DNA of 64,000 nucleotides from Phoronis australis. Lineage: Eukaryota; Animalia; Phoronida. Made by a program: the position numbers and the translations under genes. The notes under the pieces are model-generated. The model did not search any database. It was not told the DNA's origin and saw nothing but the letters and a program-made list of their open reading frames with translations. The stretch spans positions 142,548 through 206,547 of the forward strand of contig NMRA01000093.1 of the NCBI GenBank assembly GCA_002633005.1. Reading direction: 5' to 3'. Shown here one piece after another: positions 52,201 to 62,353 of the stretch (the first letter of the stretch is position 1; every line of letters starts with the position of its first letter).

Positions 52201-53012
52201 AGAATTTAATTTGCTTACCAAAAATATATTTAACATATCGAATTTCCCGTTTTTTATATATTTCATGATGGAAGAAACATTTATATGAACATGCCATGAC
52301 AGAATATTATTAAACTATTTCAAGAAACAAGGTTTAACGATGTCTCCAGCTCAGTTTTATCGAATTGGGTCTTTAATCTCATAAAATTGATCTCGTAACA
52401 TTCCTTACCATGGCATGATTCTAGTTTGTTACCAACGCTATCAGCAACTCAAGATAGTGTTTAGGAATTTAATGGGGCTGGCCAACTCCATAGTTGCAAA
52501 TTTATAAAAAATCAATGTCCTAAAACTGCAAATTCAAAAATAATGGCGCATGAATGCTTTACCTATGACTTGCATTGGTATCAGAAATAGAATCACATCA
52601 CAGCGCGGAATATTATGACACCAGCTAAACGGGGCAAAATGCAGCTTTAAACAGGACTTACAATACAAAATTCATCATGCAGGTGGTCTAATGTTTTCTT
52701 TTACTCATTGTTAAAAACACTCGGATCCACTTCTAAAATCAAATTAACTCTAATAATGAAATTCAGAAATTACTCACAGCTGAAAAACATTTTTTATTAT
52801 TAAGACCACAAGACACTTCCCACCTTTTTGATGGCCTTTGACCTTGACACGCCTGGTCTTCCTTTGTCAAACTTTGTCAGTTTCCGTCCCAAGACATCAT
52901 GTTTTTGACGGTTGACCTTGACCTCAAAAGGATTGACTTTAACCTCGACCTGCTTTTTGGACTGGCGCACGTTATCGGCCAGATTTGTCTTCTTCTTCTT
53001 ATGCTTGGCCAT
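10136..53012 (-). CDS. NOP14: Nucleolar protein 14 (SSU processome component), complete spliced gene, ~898-906 aa
   Basis: Exons 53012-52824, 52104-51970, 32712-32565, 31277-31153, 29721-29626, 29314-29150, 28463-28372, 26823-26720, 25460-25171, (23711-23688), 23098-23044, 22332-22202, 21139-20915, 19593-19492, 18588-18526, 17687-17594, 16856-16694, 14863-14719, 14263-14142, 10840-10685, 10232-10136. All GT-AG and phase-compatible. Nop14 motifs NPFEVK, FVDKRF, LTHYGQSL, HFGG, DDYD...FE...DRLKTEEE, ELPYTF, FPTSDYRH, KEMKGAIREIKRDNQFLA. Confidence 0.95.
10685..10840 (-). CDS. NOP14: NOP14 exon
   Basis: FDGKKKNTGDRELNEQRRLLHRHKKEMKGAIREIKRDNQFLARHQLAETLE. Confidence 0.93.
11544..12405 (-). mobile_element. 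hAT-like MITE (copy 2, inverted relative to copy 1, one end missing)
   Basis: Reverse-complement similarity to ~6643-7488; ends CTAGATCTGCCACTG. Confidence 0.85.
12932..13091 (-). pseudogene. Frameshifted TTF-type zinc-finger remnant (ZNF862-like hAT transposase N-terminus)
   Basis: YETKRVRGWVPSWEIRFPGLRDSEQGMTCDFCRR / frameshift / YPCTAGSTAFVGGCKSYR stop. Confidence 0.6.
14142..14263 (-). CDS. NOP14: NOP14 exon
   Basis: DLVSRVVECTSKQTGVVRPCLVKAKKRPLPLKLYEPSFDD. Confidence 0.9.
14719..14863 (-). CDS. NOP14: NOP14 exon
   Basis: LQAVHTCLKLVERFSSLYEELPSYREIFAPVCDMCKKLPLHKYPTRLK. Confidence 0.9.
16382..16482 (+). mobile_element. tRNA-derived SINE head fragment
   Basis: A-box-like TGGTCTAGTG, T-arm GTGGGTTCGAGTCCCAC, followed by CCTTGAG; no intact acceptor stem or anticodon arm. 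Confidence 0.55.
16694..16856 (-). CDS. NOP14: NOP14 exon
   Basis: APALPRLKANGAGFDLLLVQSDK...TDVDSF; phases 1 and 2 match neighbours. Confidence 0.85.
17594..17687 (-). CDS. NOP14: NOP14 exon
   Basis: YLSFSKKFAPEVVNFLQGLLYLASTKEKSWQ. Confidence 0.92.
18526..18588 (-). CDS. NOP14: NOP14 exon
   Basis: CTVNSLQDVASGLFICTLFLE. Confidence 0.92.
19492..19593 (-). CDS. NOP14: NOP14 exon
   Basis: LLYLKLISLLFPTSDYRHLVVTPAMVMMSQSLTQ. Confidence 0.94.
19900..20520 (+). repeat. Degenerate HINE-like ~150-bp monomer remnant
   Basis: CCAATTTCATGAAGATCC and CTGCCACAAGAGGGCGTCACAGCAGTC motifs shared with the 2770-4174 family. Confidence 0.5.
20915..21139 (-). CDS. NOP14: NOP14 exon
   Basis: SYCEMLLRYFGELALCDPPELSALDRLVVHLYELTQ...GLFPQIDT. 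Confidence 0.92.
21274..21855 (+). mobile_element. HINE-like element with degenerate monomers
   Basis: AACAAGAG start, repeated TGTGTCAAGTTTCAT, and a GCCAAATTTCATCAAAATCC...GGACAACCGGA 3' module also seen near 33950-34030. Confidence 0.55.
22202..22332 (-). CDS. NOP14: NOP14 exon
   Basis: PKSYDELVQLMEGHTEDNKITIIDRTRKCNHASLAEGNKEKLQ. Confidence 0.93.
23044..23098 (-). CDS. NOP14: NOP14 exon
   Basis: ERKDMMEKARKELPYTFD. Confidence 0.92.
23688..23711 (-). CDS. NOP14: Candidate NOP14 24-nt microexon
   Basis: atttttag|CTTCGGTCAGTTACACAAGAGCAG|gtggac; phase 0/0; LRSVTQEQ. Confidence 0.4.
23993..24285. repeat. 30-bp minisatellite, ~9-10 copies
   Basis: Unit GGCACAGAGGCAGCACGCACGACACAATAA. Confidence 0.95.
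24753..25053. repeat. 48-bp minisatellite, ~6 near-identical copies
   Basis: Unit ACAGCTCAAGTCTACCCACGGCCCAAACAAAACTCCCTATACAGATAC. Confidence 0.95.
25171..25460 (-). CDS. NOP14: NOP14 exon (acidic central region)
   Basis: VVLVGDSELEED...EEDSHSDLESDGEEE...VTSIDLK. Confidence 0.9.
26720..26823 (-). CDS. NOP14: NOP14 exon
   Basis: FVLDGDKKKSFEVQYKDGKLVAASDEKKKMGDDN. Confidence 0.9.
28372..28463 (-). CDS. NOP14: NOP14 exon
   Basis: EDRLRRMKGITEREQIAKKRVHFSADDLSE. Confidence 0.92.
29150..29314 (-). CDS. NOP14: NOP14 exon
   Basis: KTRNSSADNKADNKADDYDTAVTQLRFEARGQATDRLKTEEELAMEEKERLEKLE. Confidence 0.94.
29626..29721 (-). CDS. NOP14: NOP14 exon
   Basis: FERQMEKEENLNLTNKLDAELKDIRSLMLVSK. Confidence 0.92.
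31153..31277 (-). CDS. NOP14: NOP14 exon
   Basis: KHVSEEHFGGFFTKKEAEDAASTKTWKERMEEMIANTRKAR. Confidence 0.93.
31889..32130. repeat. 22-bp minisatellite, 11 copies
   Basis: Unit GTATATGTCCACTCACCAAGGT, no spacers. Confidence 0.97.
32565..32712 (-). CDS. NOP14: NOP14 exon
   Basis: KHHEKADVFKLNNEDEELTHYGQSLSQIEKFEAPLVESDEDEEDIGRLS. Confidence 0.94.
32900..34092 (+). mobile_element. HINE-like element with ~120-140-bp tandem monomers
   Basis: Repeated CTAG(G/A)-GG...GTCAAATCCA...TGTGTCAA...GAAATCC...GGAAACAC...GAAAAGCCC units. Ends TATGTGTCCACAT...ATATGCGGGCACATA-AAAA, a hairpin like 4139-4170. Confidence 0.6.
38000..39427 (+). mobile_element. Tc1/mariner-superfamily-type non-autonomous element (copy 1) carrying a HIRAN-like pseudogene
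   Basis: TA on both flanks; ~25-bp TIRs CCGTATTCGCCCTAACAACCATCCA / rc CCGTATTCACCCTAATAATCGTCCA; colinear with 57242-59318. Confidence 0.85.
38994..39260 (+). pseudogene. Decayed HIRAN-like domain ORF (copy 1)
   Basis: SSIHSFHVYEEIWIPVEGRKYLQYNPNDKYAASILKGQTIVRHIPCKIIQTC / fs / RHDRSLMCIVTAKYRHSGK / fs / GLQIP. Confidence 0.65.
41325..41359. repeat. (CAA)n microsatellite
   Basis: Direct inspection. Confidence 0.85.
41770..42105. repeat. Degenerate ~55-bp tandem repeat
   Basis: Recurring TTTTACA...TTGT-AA...CTCAT...ATTGTCATCACA blocks. Confidence 0.5.
43470..43891. mobile_element. PIF/Harbinger-like MITE
   Basis: TAA on both flanks, degenerate TIRs AGTCTCGTTTAGAC / rc AGTGCCATTTACAC, multiple subterminal TGACACGG/CCGTGTCA repeats. 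Confidence 0.6.
45334..45616. mobile_element. PIF/Harbinger-like MITE
   Basis: TIRs GGGCCTGTTTCATGA / TCATGAAACAGGTCC with subterminal CTTAAG repeats. Confidence 0.6.
45771..46167. mobile_element. MITE remnant (inverted repeat pair)
   Basis: CTAAGTTCCCTAAATCT near 45795 pairs with AGATTTAGGGAACTTAG near 46125; arms ~40 bp. Confidence 0.55.
51970..52104 (-). CDS. NOP14: NOP14 coding exon 2
   Basis: RKDTLLQEYKQRDKNNKFVDKRFAENDAEMSVEDKMLKRFALERQ. Confidence 0.95.
52824..53012 (-). CDS. NOP14: NOP14 coding exon 1
   Basis: MAKHKKKK...NPFEVKVNRQKHDVLGRK...GRPGVSRSKAIKK; acceptor tgtttcag 10 nt upstream of ATG implies a non-coding upstream exon. Confidence 0.95.
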
Positions 53013-53561
53013 ATTATTTCCACTGAAACAATGCCTTTGTTCGTTATTTCATTCAATTCAAATAAAGGATTCCAATGTTATGTCACTATGTTGATGTCTA
53101 TTAACAGGTCACCAGAACATGGCATGCTTTAATGACTACAGTACCTTTAATTATGTTTCTTTCAACAGGATGAATTAGACCAATAATATGCGTATGTGCA
53201 TTAATCGGTCGTGGCACTAAACACAACGTGTGGTCGTAATTAATTCAATGTAGACCAATTTCTTGCTCTGCTATAAGGGTACTAATCACAGAGCTTACCT
53301 TTTGGCAATTCCACAGTGACATGGACATAGAAAAATGAAAATAGCTTTCTGAAAAACTTGTTTAAAAAAATGGTTCTGCATCTTGTTAAAACCCTAAATT
53401 GCTATGATGAGAAAACTGCAACAGTTGGATATCTCAACATCACAAAATAATTTTATGGGGCAAAAAATGCAGAATGTTCATAAGTGAAGGAACATTAAAA
53501 CTATATAATATTTTTGAATTAGCAAGTGATTTTTTTAAAAAGTAGTGTGCATGCAGAGGCT

Positions 53562-53898
53562 CATTCAAGCCATTTCTGTACCACACAATAAAAACAGCTG
53601 AAGAAGCTTATGGGACACCATAATTGTACACAAATAACTACCCACTTTTTTATTGGAACTGGTAACCTCCAGCAAAGTTCATGCTATCAAGGTCAAGGTT
53701 ACTGCAAGTTGGTCACAATTGAAATTTAACTTCTCAGTGTTCTTACAGAGCCAAATCTAAAAATGAAACTTTTGAAAGGTGGTTGAATTTAATGTCTAGT
53801 TGCTGTTTGATGAGCTGAAATGTTTACTAGGTAATAACTCCTCAGATACAAGCTTTTTTCAGCTGTTTTTGTTGTGTGATACGGAAATGGCTTTAATG
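53562..53898. mobile_element. MITE remnant (inverted repeat pair)
   Basis: ~50-bp arms AAGCCATTT...CACACAA...AAAACAGCTGAA...AAGCTT and their reverse complement. Confidence 0.55.
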
Positions 53899-54909
53899 CT
53901 GAAAGTGAGTCGAGAAAAACTCAAAAGTTTGATCTATTTTTAGTTTCTATTATGAACAGTGATGAAATATGCACATCGCCAAAAAAGAGAGGAAACTTTC
54001 CACCAAAATATTACTTTGAACTTGTCACATACTAGCAGTCGCTCCTTACCGCCGCAGCTGTTGTGTAGGTTTGATTAGGTGGACCCTTTATTCAAAAGTG
54101 ATTTGGCAACCAGTTATTCCCACTGAACAACAGCATAAGAACCTTTAATCAGCTTTTCGTCATGACATATACTTGCCAGTTTTATTAAGGTCGCAGGGTC
54201 GATTCCCCAGGTCTGGTGATCTTGGCAATTACCTACTGATGAATGCCTGTGGTTGGAGAACCAGTCAATTACTGAGTAATGAGTCCATTGTTTAGTGGAG
54301 GATACTGATTCTCTACCTTTGGGTCCACTACTGGCACTGTTTTCCAACAAGGCAGTAGTCAGTACAGAAGACTGAACTGGGTGTCAGAACTCTGATCATT
54401 GCCATTCTAATGCCATTGCCAATTAGGTATCCCCACAAACAGTTACGAATTTCAAAATACAGGAAATAAAATCAAATGAAACATGCATATATACACATGG
54501 AGTTATGATTATTACATACCATAAGTCTGGAGACGCTTCAGTCCAGATAATTTGAACAAATCGATGGAAATCTGTCATGGTTTGCTCGAGTTTCTCTGAC
54601 TGGGTGCCATTTTGAGGAAGTTACGTGAAATCACGCATGTTTACAAATAAAAAGTCCAAGGGACACAACTCTTACAAATTTCACCCGATGCCTTCCCATG
54701 GCATTTTTAAAGTGTCACGCGCCAGCGTCATGCGCTTCGCTCAGTCCCACACTAGCCTTTGCCTAACTCACGTGACTCAGTTGAAATACTTTGTGGTTAT
54801 CGCGTGTGGTGAAAAAGTTAACGATGACCAAAAAGTGGAGTTGGAATTCTTCACCAAAGTTTCCTTAATTGCCGTAGCTTTACTTCATCGAAGATATGTG
54901 TAGAAGCAC

Positions 54910-55620
54910 AGGTGTCCTCAGCTTCTGATCGTCCCCAATACACTACATATAATACTACAAGGTATGACACTACGGACAAGAAATTCCACTGGTGCTTCAC
55001 TTCCGCCATCCAGGTCAAATACAAAACACAATAAATTTAGACAAAACAAGGTTTCAAAAAACCATTAGTAATTGTTCTTTGTTCTAATACCATCCACGGT
55101 GTCCTGCTCCAGCGATATCGGAACAAATTCGCGGTCAAAGCAAAAAAATGTTCCCAAAAAGCCCACGCACCAGTACTCCTTTGACGGTTCGAGGTCAAGG
55201 ACAGTACGGCAATTGCCGAATTGTCATGAAGTGTCACGACATGGATAATCCAGACCATTTCGTAACCTTCCGTGATGAACCGGCAATTGCCGTCCATCTG
55301 TAACTCATCGGATAATTCCGTACCGTCCTTGACCTCGAACCATCAAAGGATCGGACTGATGCGTGGGCTTTTTGGGAACATTTCTGTGCTTTGATCATGG
55401 CTTTGTTGTGATTTTGCTGGAGCAGGACACTGTGAACGGTATTAGAAGAAAGAACAATTACCACTAGTAATGGTTTATTGAAACCCTGTTTTGTGTAAAT
55501 TTATTGAGTTTTGTGTTTGATATGGACAGCTGAAGTGAGCACCCGTGGAATTCCTTGTCCGAAGTGTCATACCTTGGTGTATTATAGTGTATTGGGGACA
55601 ATCAGAAGCTGAGGACGCCT
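54910..55620. repeat. Long foldback / palindromic element (~300-bp arms, ~95-bp spacer)
   Basis: AGGTGTCCTCAGCTTCTGAT... pairs with ...ATCAGAAGCTGAGGACGCCT along the full arm. Confidence 0.92.
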
Positions 55621-56006
55621 AGGCCTTAGGTGAAAAGTAGAAAGGAACACTGAAGTAAGTACTTAGAAAGGAACACTGAAGAAAGTAAGCGCTTTTTTAA
55701 GTGATAGTTTTAAGTGTAGAGCATATTTGACAAGGTGAAAACTCTCAATCGGTGACCGGATTTGGCCTACCGCCCATTTAAACTACACGGGAGGAAATTC
55801 GTACAGAAAGCGATGGGAAGTATTGTAGCCCCTAACTAATCGGTCAACCGAGGGGCTACGACTACATGTTACTGCCAATTTGCCATTTGGCAATGCCTTT
55901 CCGCCAGGCCTAACTTGTTAAGCCAAGGGGAAGAAGCGCATGTGTTCCCTAGTTATAGTATTTTAAAGGAATTGGAATAATTTATCAATCTTTAAATGTA
56001 TCTTAC

Positions 56007-56079
56007 TGAACGTAATCGAAAACAAAACCTTGAGGCTTGAGCAAGCGACCAAATTCGGTTTTCACGCACACACCATGGA

Positions 56080-56095
<16 letters not shown>
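56007..56095 (-). other. Candidate non-coding first exon of NOP14
   Basis: Donor TTCA|gtaag at 56007/56006; YY1/TISU-like AAGATGGCCGCC at 56091-56080; CpG-richer patch. Confidence 0.5.
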
Positions 56096-56589
<494 letters not shown>

Positions 56590-57802
56590 TGACTTCCGAC
56601 TCTAGAAGACCGTAGTGTGTGTGTCATGTAGGTGTTACCACACCAACCGATTGTGCGGTTGTGAATTCCAGTTTTACTAGTAGACTGTTTAGAGTAGACT
56701 AGTCTAAAGCCGAGACTGGTGGTGGTAATCATCCAGAGGTTGTGGAGATTAAGGGCATTGTTACACAATGGGCAAATGTCATTGGGGCAATTTTTAGGCC
56801 TGGCCAGATGAAGATTGCCAGTTTCCGTGTCTGAATGGTGTGCCAGTTACGCAATGACTGGAAATGACCAGTTGCTTTAGCCATCATACTTTCATAGCTC
56901 CGCCCACAACCACGTAGCACTCGATGATTTACAACAGTTCCGCAGGTTGGTGCTTAGTGGAAAAAATAGTTCTCAAAATGACAAAATGTACTCAGACAAA
57001 AGTACTAGAAATCTTGGAGTAGTTTTCAGTTTTGCCGACAGCTAGGAAAGCCTGACTACCAATAATTCTTGAATACTTACCGTGGTGAGCAAATTGCGAA
57101 AGTTACTTGAAAACACTAAGATAGCTTCTGAGCATTCTTTCCTCGACAGATTTGCATGAAACATTACAAATTATAAGTTTTTACTGAAGAGATGATAAAA
57201 TATTCCTATTTCCAGATGGGTTTGACATTGTATGCTATATACCGCATTCGCCGTAATAACCGCCCAGGGCGCCTAGAAAAGTTCGTTTCGGGTGGGGGGG
57301 GTGCTTATTATAACCCAAGGCCTTTGAAACCCGGTCTCCGAAACGGGTGAAATTGAAAGCTAAAACTCATCACATTTATGCTCTGTGATGTACCTGTAAT
57401 CTATGAAAGACTTACTACAAAACTGTGGTGCATTGCTATCAAACTTTGCTGCTAAATTACAATCATTTTACAGAAAATTGTGCTGAAATCCCAGGGCGAA
57501 AACTCGCCGACTGACTGCCTCGCAATCGTCGATATGGCGACTTGAATGCTTGAATAAAAATACAGTTTTGACTCAAGCAAATTACCTGAAATCCGCCTTA
57601 AGTTTTCCAAGTAGTGCCCCTAAGATTTTTAAGTTCCCATGGAGTCGGGATTAACTGCAGGTTTAAGTACAAATCTGTGCTATATCATGCCATCTACATG
57701 TATGATCGGCAACATGAAAAAAAATGTGTGGATGAATACGCATGTTGTTTTGAAGTTTGTATGCATTGAGTAAGCAAGCGCGTGCGTGTCACCAGAGTTC
57801 AT

Positions 57803-58376
57803 CTCGCTGGTTCCCTGCGTGCTTAGCCCAGCCAGCACGCAGGTATCACGCAGTGGCACGCGCTTTAGCATTGGTCGATGTCATCTTGGCAGTCATTGGT
57901 TAGCTTTACAACACCGTGAAAAAAATGGCAGACTGTGAATGATTTTAGCCTTGTCATGCAAGTGGCGTCGCAGCAACTATTTCGTTTGTGCAGTGATGTT
58001 TAATAGCCCCGTGCTTGAAGCACATACATGCACAATAAACACATATTACGGTGTGTTATTCATACTGTATAAAGACACTATCGTAAACAAAAGTCATCGA
58101 CAGTAGAAAGATGCATTCCGAAAAGGCTCAATCACAATTTCTAGGCTTCACATTTCCTGAACATAATTTTAAGCACCGGTTTGTCTGTACAACAGACCAC
58201 ATTTACACTTCAGTCCATCAGCCATGCCAGTTTGTTTGCGCAAAGCGCTGCCTGTTGACGAATCGACTAGCCAATCAGAAACTCCGGTGTAAAAAAATTT
58301 ACAGAGGAAATTTAAGTGATACCTGCGTGCTAGCGCGGCTACCGCCCCACCTAGCGGCACGCAGGGAACCAGCGAG
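57803..58376. mobile_element. 574-bp TIR element with 10-bp TSD (possibly Mutator-like)
   Basis: Perfect 20-bp TIR CTCGCTGGTTCCCTGCGTGC; CAGAGTTCAT at 57793-57802 and 58377-58386; empty site present once in copy 1 (near 38544). Confidence 0.9.
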
Positions 58377-58889
58377 CAGAGTTCATTTGCCAGAGCAGAG
58401 ACCGTCTTTTGGCCAGAGCCACACAATCTAATAAGCTAGATGTGCATTGTATCTAAAGAAATTTGCACAAGCAGTAGGCCTAAACCAGCGCGTGTTTCAT
58501 TCAGCACTTGCCGGTCTCATGTGCTAAAAGCATTCGACATTTGTCTCGGTAAGGCCCATATTAGTCGCTGTTTGGCTGGATGCGTACGTCACAGTTATTT
58601 TTCGGTGTAAGGGTGTGTAAGCATTCACTGTCAGTGGTCATTTTATCGGACATTTGGCTTAAAAACACCAATTATGCTTAATCAAACAATTCATCTTAAA
58701 AATTACGCAAACAATTTTTATAGTATTAGAAACTGTCGGAAATTAGTGCCAATATTCATTTCTTGCCGATGCTATGCTACCCGCTTCATGAATGGATAGT
58801 TCCCGACTAATGTCTTTGATGACAGGTTCATGTATGTAGCGCGCGCTTCCTGGCCACGTGCCTTTAACACTGGCCAAGCTTTTTATTAG

Positions 58890-59152
58890 TCTTCGATTCG
58901 AGGTTTTCACGTGTACAAAGAAATTTGGATTTCTGTTGAAAGCAGGAAATATCTACAAAGCAATCTCGTAGACAAGTACACTACGTCTGTTCTGAAAGGC
59001 CATACCATTGGTTCCTCGCAAGATCAGCAAAACTTTTGTGTTCGTTTTGAGGCATGGCGGAAGTTTAAAGTGTATAGTCACGGCTAAATACTGATTTAGC
59101 GGCAAGGCTCGTGGTCTACAAATTCTGCGCACAATGATTTTTTTTTCAGGAC
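58890..59152 (+). pseudogene. Decayed HIRAN-like domain ORF (copy 2)
   Basis: SSIRGFHVYKEIWISVESRKYLQSNLVDKYTTSVLKGHTI / fs / VPRKISKTFVFVLRHGGSLKCIVTAKY*FSGKARGLQILRTMIFFSG. Confidence 0.7.
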
Positions 59153-59339
59153 TGTCGGATATTATTGATAAATTGAAGACATTACTGTAGAATTTTAGAA
59201 CTGTGGGTAAGGCATTTTTCGCACGTACACATTCATGGACTGGGCGCTTATTTTAGCAGTCTGAAAACGCATGGGGGGGCGCTTATGGGGGCATGGGCGG
59301 TGATTACGACAAATATGGTACGTAGTAGCGTCTATCTTC

Positions 59340-59850
59340 GTTCATCGGCCAAATCACACTAAGGATCATTGTGAAAACTGGCATACGTCGTGTGTTCTGT
59401 ACAGGGCCGACTGGTGTGACACTATCTTGTGGCCTTTTTTCCTGTAGCTCAAAACAAGTTCCTCAAGTGGCTCTTCATGACGTTTGATATGAATAACTAT
59501 TGAGTAGATTATAATATGGATTTTGGGACAATTGCCAGTGCTGCACGGAGACGCTTAGTTTCAATTTTGTTTTCATTTATGTTTACCTTGATATCTCCCG
59601 AGTTCCTGATGGATGTTCATGAAGTTTGACAAATAAGTTACCACACAGACAGCAGCACTGTTTCAAATGGATTTGTCCTATATTGCTTTCTCTAGTGGAC
59701 TTTCTATTGTTTTTGTTTCCTTTGTCATCGTTTTCCCTATCCTCCAGTCCAAAATTCTTAAAGAATCAACAGTGAGAGATGGCACATGTGCTCCTATTCA
59801 GGCGATCATTTCTGGCTTCCTCTGCACCCTCTAGAGGATATTGTGAAGTT
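59340..59850 (-). repeat. Degenerate inverted remnant of the HINE-like monomer family
   Basis: AAGGATCATTGTGAAAACTGGCATA and TTCATGAAGTTTG are reverse complements of monomer motifs. Confidence 0.45.
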
Positions 59851-62264
59851 TAGCATAGCTCTGTTAAAAAGTCTGTTTCACATAATGACCATGCCTTGTA
59901 TCTGCACTGTATGCGATGCACATGGTGGGTGCATATCATTGCTCCATCATGCTCTTGTTATGGATAGCAGGAGATGTTAAATACACATTCATGATCCGTA
60001 GAAATTCTTCATTCATAGTAATATTTCAAGCAGCCAGAAGTTTGGTTTGTAGTTGGTGAAGGAAAGAAAGAAACATCAATCCAAAACCAACTACCATCTT
60101 AGCGGAGCAGATGATAGCCAGCTTGACACTTTCTGGATTCTGGATTGGATGAATGCATGCCCCCCAAATCTATGCTCTGAGATGTGTCCACAAAGGGTTT
60201 CGTTATCTGTGAAAAGATTAACAGGATTAAACAGGAAGCATTAAGTTTTCATAGATCTCTACTCAATACAGTGCTGATGTGGTTGGGTGGCCTGGTGGGT
60301 GGTGGCATTGCTGGTGACTGGGATTTTCCTCTTATCCTAAAAAATTCCTTTATCAGAGTGCAAAAGGTAAAAGCTCTTTACTCACCAGTGGCAACACTTT
60401 GCCAGATATTTTTGTAATGTAAAACCACCTTCATTTTTGTGTTTTGACCTGTTTCACAAGGATTGTTGTTTATGTTGGTATCAAGCTAGACTAAATGAAA
60501 CAATATGACACATGAACAACGTTGAACTACTCAAGTTGAACTACTCAAGTCGCCTTCTGAATAGTGCTGAATTGGCAAATACAAGGTGCTACCTAAAACT
60601 AGCATATATGCATGTGTCTCGTAAATAGTTTGAACAGACATTCAGTTGTAGTAGAAACTTGATGAAATTCATCACCTGGGATTATGAAAACTGAAAGAAA
60701 TCTGAAGATCATGATAACACTTTAAAACACAGTTTGGGGATAGTGAAATTTCATATTCTCGCTTTTTATAAAAGATAAGTTGCATGAAAATTAGATATAT
60801 TCAAACTGTTCCCAAGGTCTGCAGTATAGTTTACTATTCAGAATATTTTGAAATGTTGTTGGCCTGATCCACAACATTGACAGAAGTTGTTTCTAAAAAT
60901 ATATCTTTTTGTTCAAAATTGGTGAGTTTTTGCTATAATAGAAGTGTTGTTGATGGACCTGGAAGACTGTTGTGAAGACTGCTAGAAGTACAAACCAAGA
61001 ATTGTCTCCCCTGTGTCTCTACAACCTGGATTGCATAGATGTGCTGAGCTGTGTCTGACTCATTTTATGAGCAGTCAGCTTCCTCAGGGCAGCTACTAAA
61101 CAGGTGTAGACAATAAATTTTGTGGAAGAGGTAGATTTGAGGATCATGTTTTTTTGAGGCATATATACTAACTGTACTTCAGATGTCTAAAAGCTATGAC
61201 TAACCTTATCAGCCTATGTAATACCTACAAACTACAAGATTCAGTAATACATCGTATATTTTCTGAATGTAGAAAACATAATGTAGTATTTTGAGGTTGG
61301 ACTTTATTCATATGCACATAATGGCGGAATATTGATGGGATCATGTCGCATTCAAATTTGTCAAAAATGAAATCTCTGCTCATAGCTAAACAACAGTAAC
61401 AAGCACAGATTTCTTTTAACAATCAAAACACTAACCATGATATCACCAACATTGTCTCATGAGTTTCTTTTTGCTTTGTGTAATTGTTTTTCCTGAAAAT
61501 CATCAATCTTTCAATTTTCAATAAACTGACTGGCAAAAGTGTATTAATAATACCAGTACTGTTTTGAGGGTTGGTGCATGAACTGTGTGATTTTTTGAAT
61601 TTGAAGCTTTCATTGGACTCTCGTCTGACGTTTCTGACATATGATGTTTTGAAGTTACCCAAAATTTAGCTTTTTAGCCTTGTGAGAGCACATGATTCAA
61701 TTTCCAATTCTGGTGCACGAGAGAGGCTGTGTTGTCAGGGACGAAATGTCATTCTTGATCATACTGAGACATCAGACATTATTGTGTGAATCCTTCAAAT
61801 GAACATCTCACCACACACATTGGATGAAAGAATTTGTTAAAAAATCAGTAATAGAACTTCTGTATTAAATGCATTCAATATTGCAGAAGGCTTTACAGAA
61901 ACTGTTAAGGCGCCATCTAGCAGCAAGGCATATTTGTCCATGGTGTAGCTACAACAGGAAATGGCGATTACCGTCTTTTTACAGTATAATAGTGCTTTGC
62001 TTCAGGTGTCAAGACCATTAATTTTGCTATGAATGTATCTTTCTTAAAAATGAAAATTTGACCAAAAAAGGTATTAACGTAACAATAATAATAATAATGA
62101 TGCATAAATGTAAAACATATTTTTATATCCCCATCTTTTTTCTTTCAGAAAATATATACTTTAGTTTTACTAGGTTTCAGAGCTTAGTTTTTTGATACGA
62201 GCTTGAATGGATGCCACTAAATCAGGTTTGAGATAACTCTGATATCTTGCATAATTTCTTGCAG

Positions 62265-62353
62265 AACTTGCAAAAGACAGCTTGCAAAAGACAGGACGTT
62301 ACAAAGTTGTTGGAGGAATCATATCACCTGTTAATGACAAATATGACAAGAAG
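62265..62353 (+). CDS. NMNAT: NMNAT coding exon 2 (gene continues beyond window)
   Basis: ttcttgcag|(E)LAKDSLQKTGRYKVVGGIISPVNDKYDKK|gtagg; ISPVxDxYxK motif; phase matches exon 1. Confidence 0.95.

Larger units (their letters stand above)
57242..59318 (+). mobile_element. Tc1/mariner-superfamily-type non-autonomous element (copy 2) with HIRAN-like pseudogene and nested insertion
   Basis: TA flanks; TIRs CCGCATTCGCCGTAATAACCGCCCA / rc CCATATTTGTCGTAATCACCGCCCA; colinear with 38000-39427. Confidence 0.85.
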
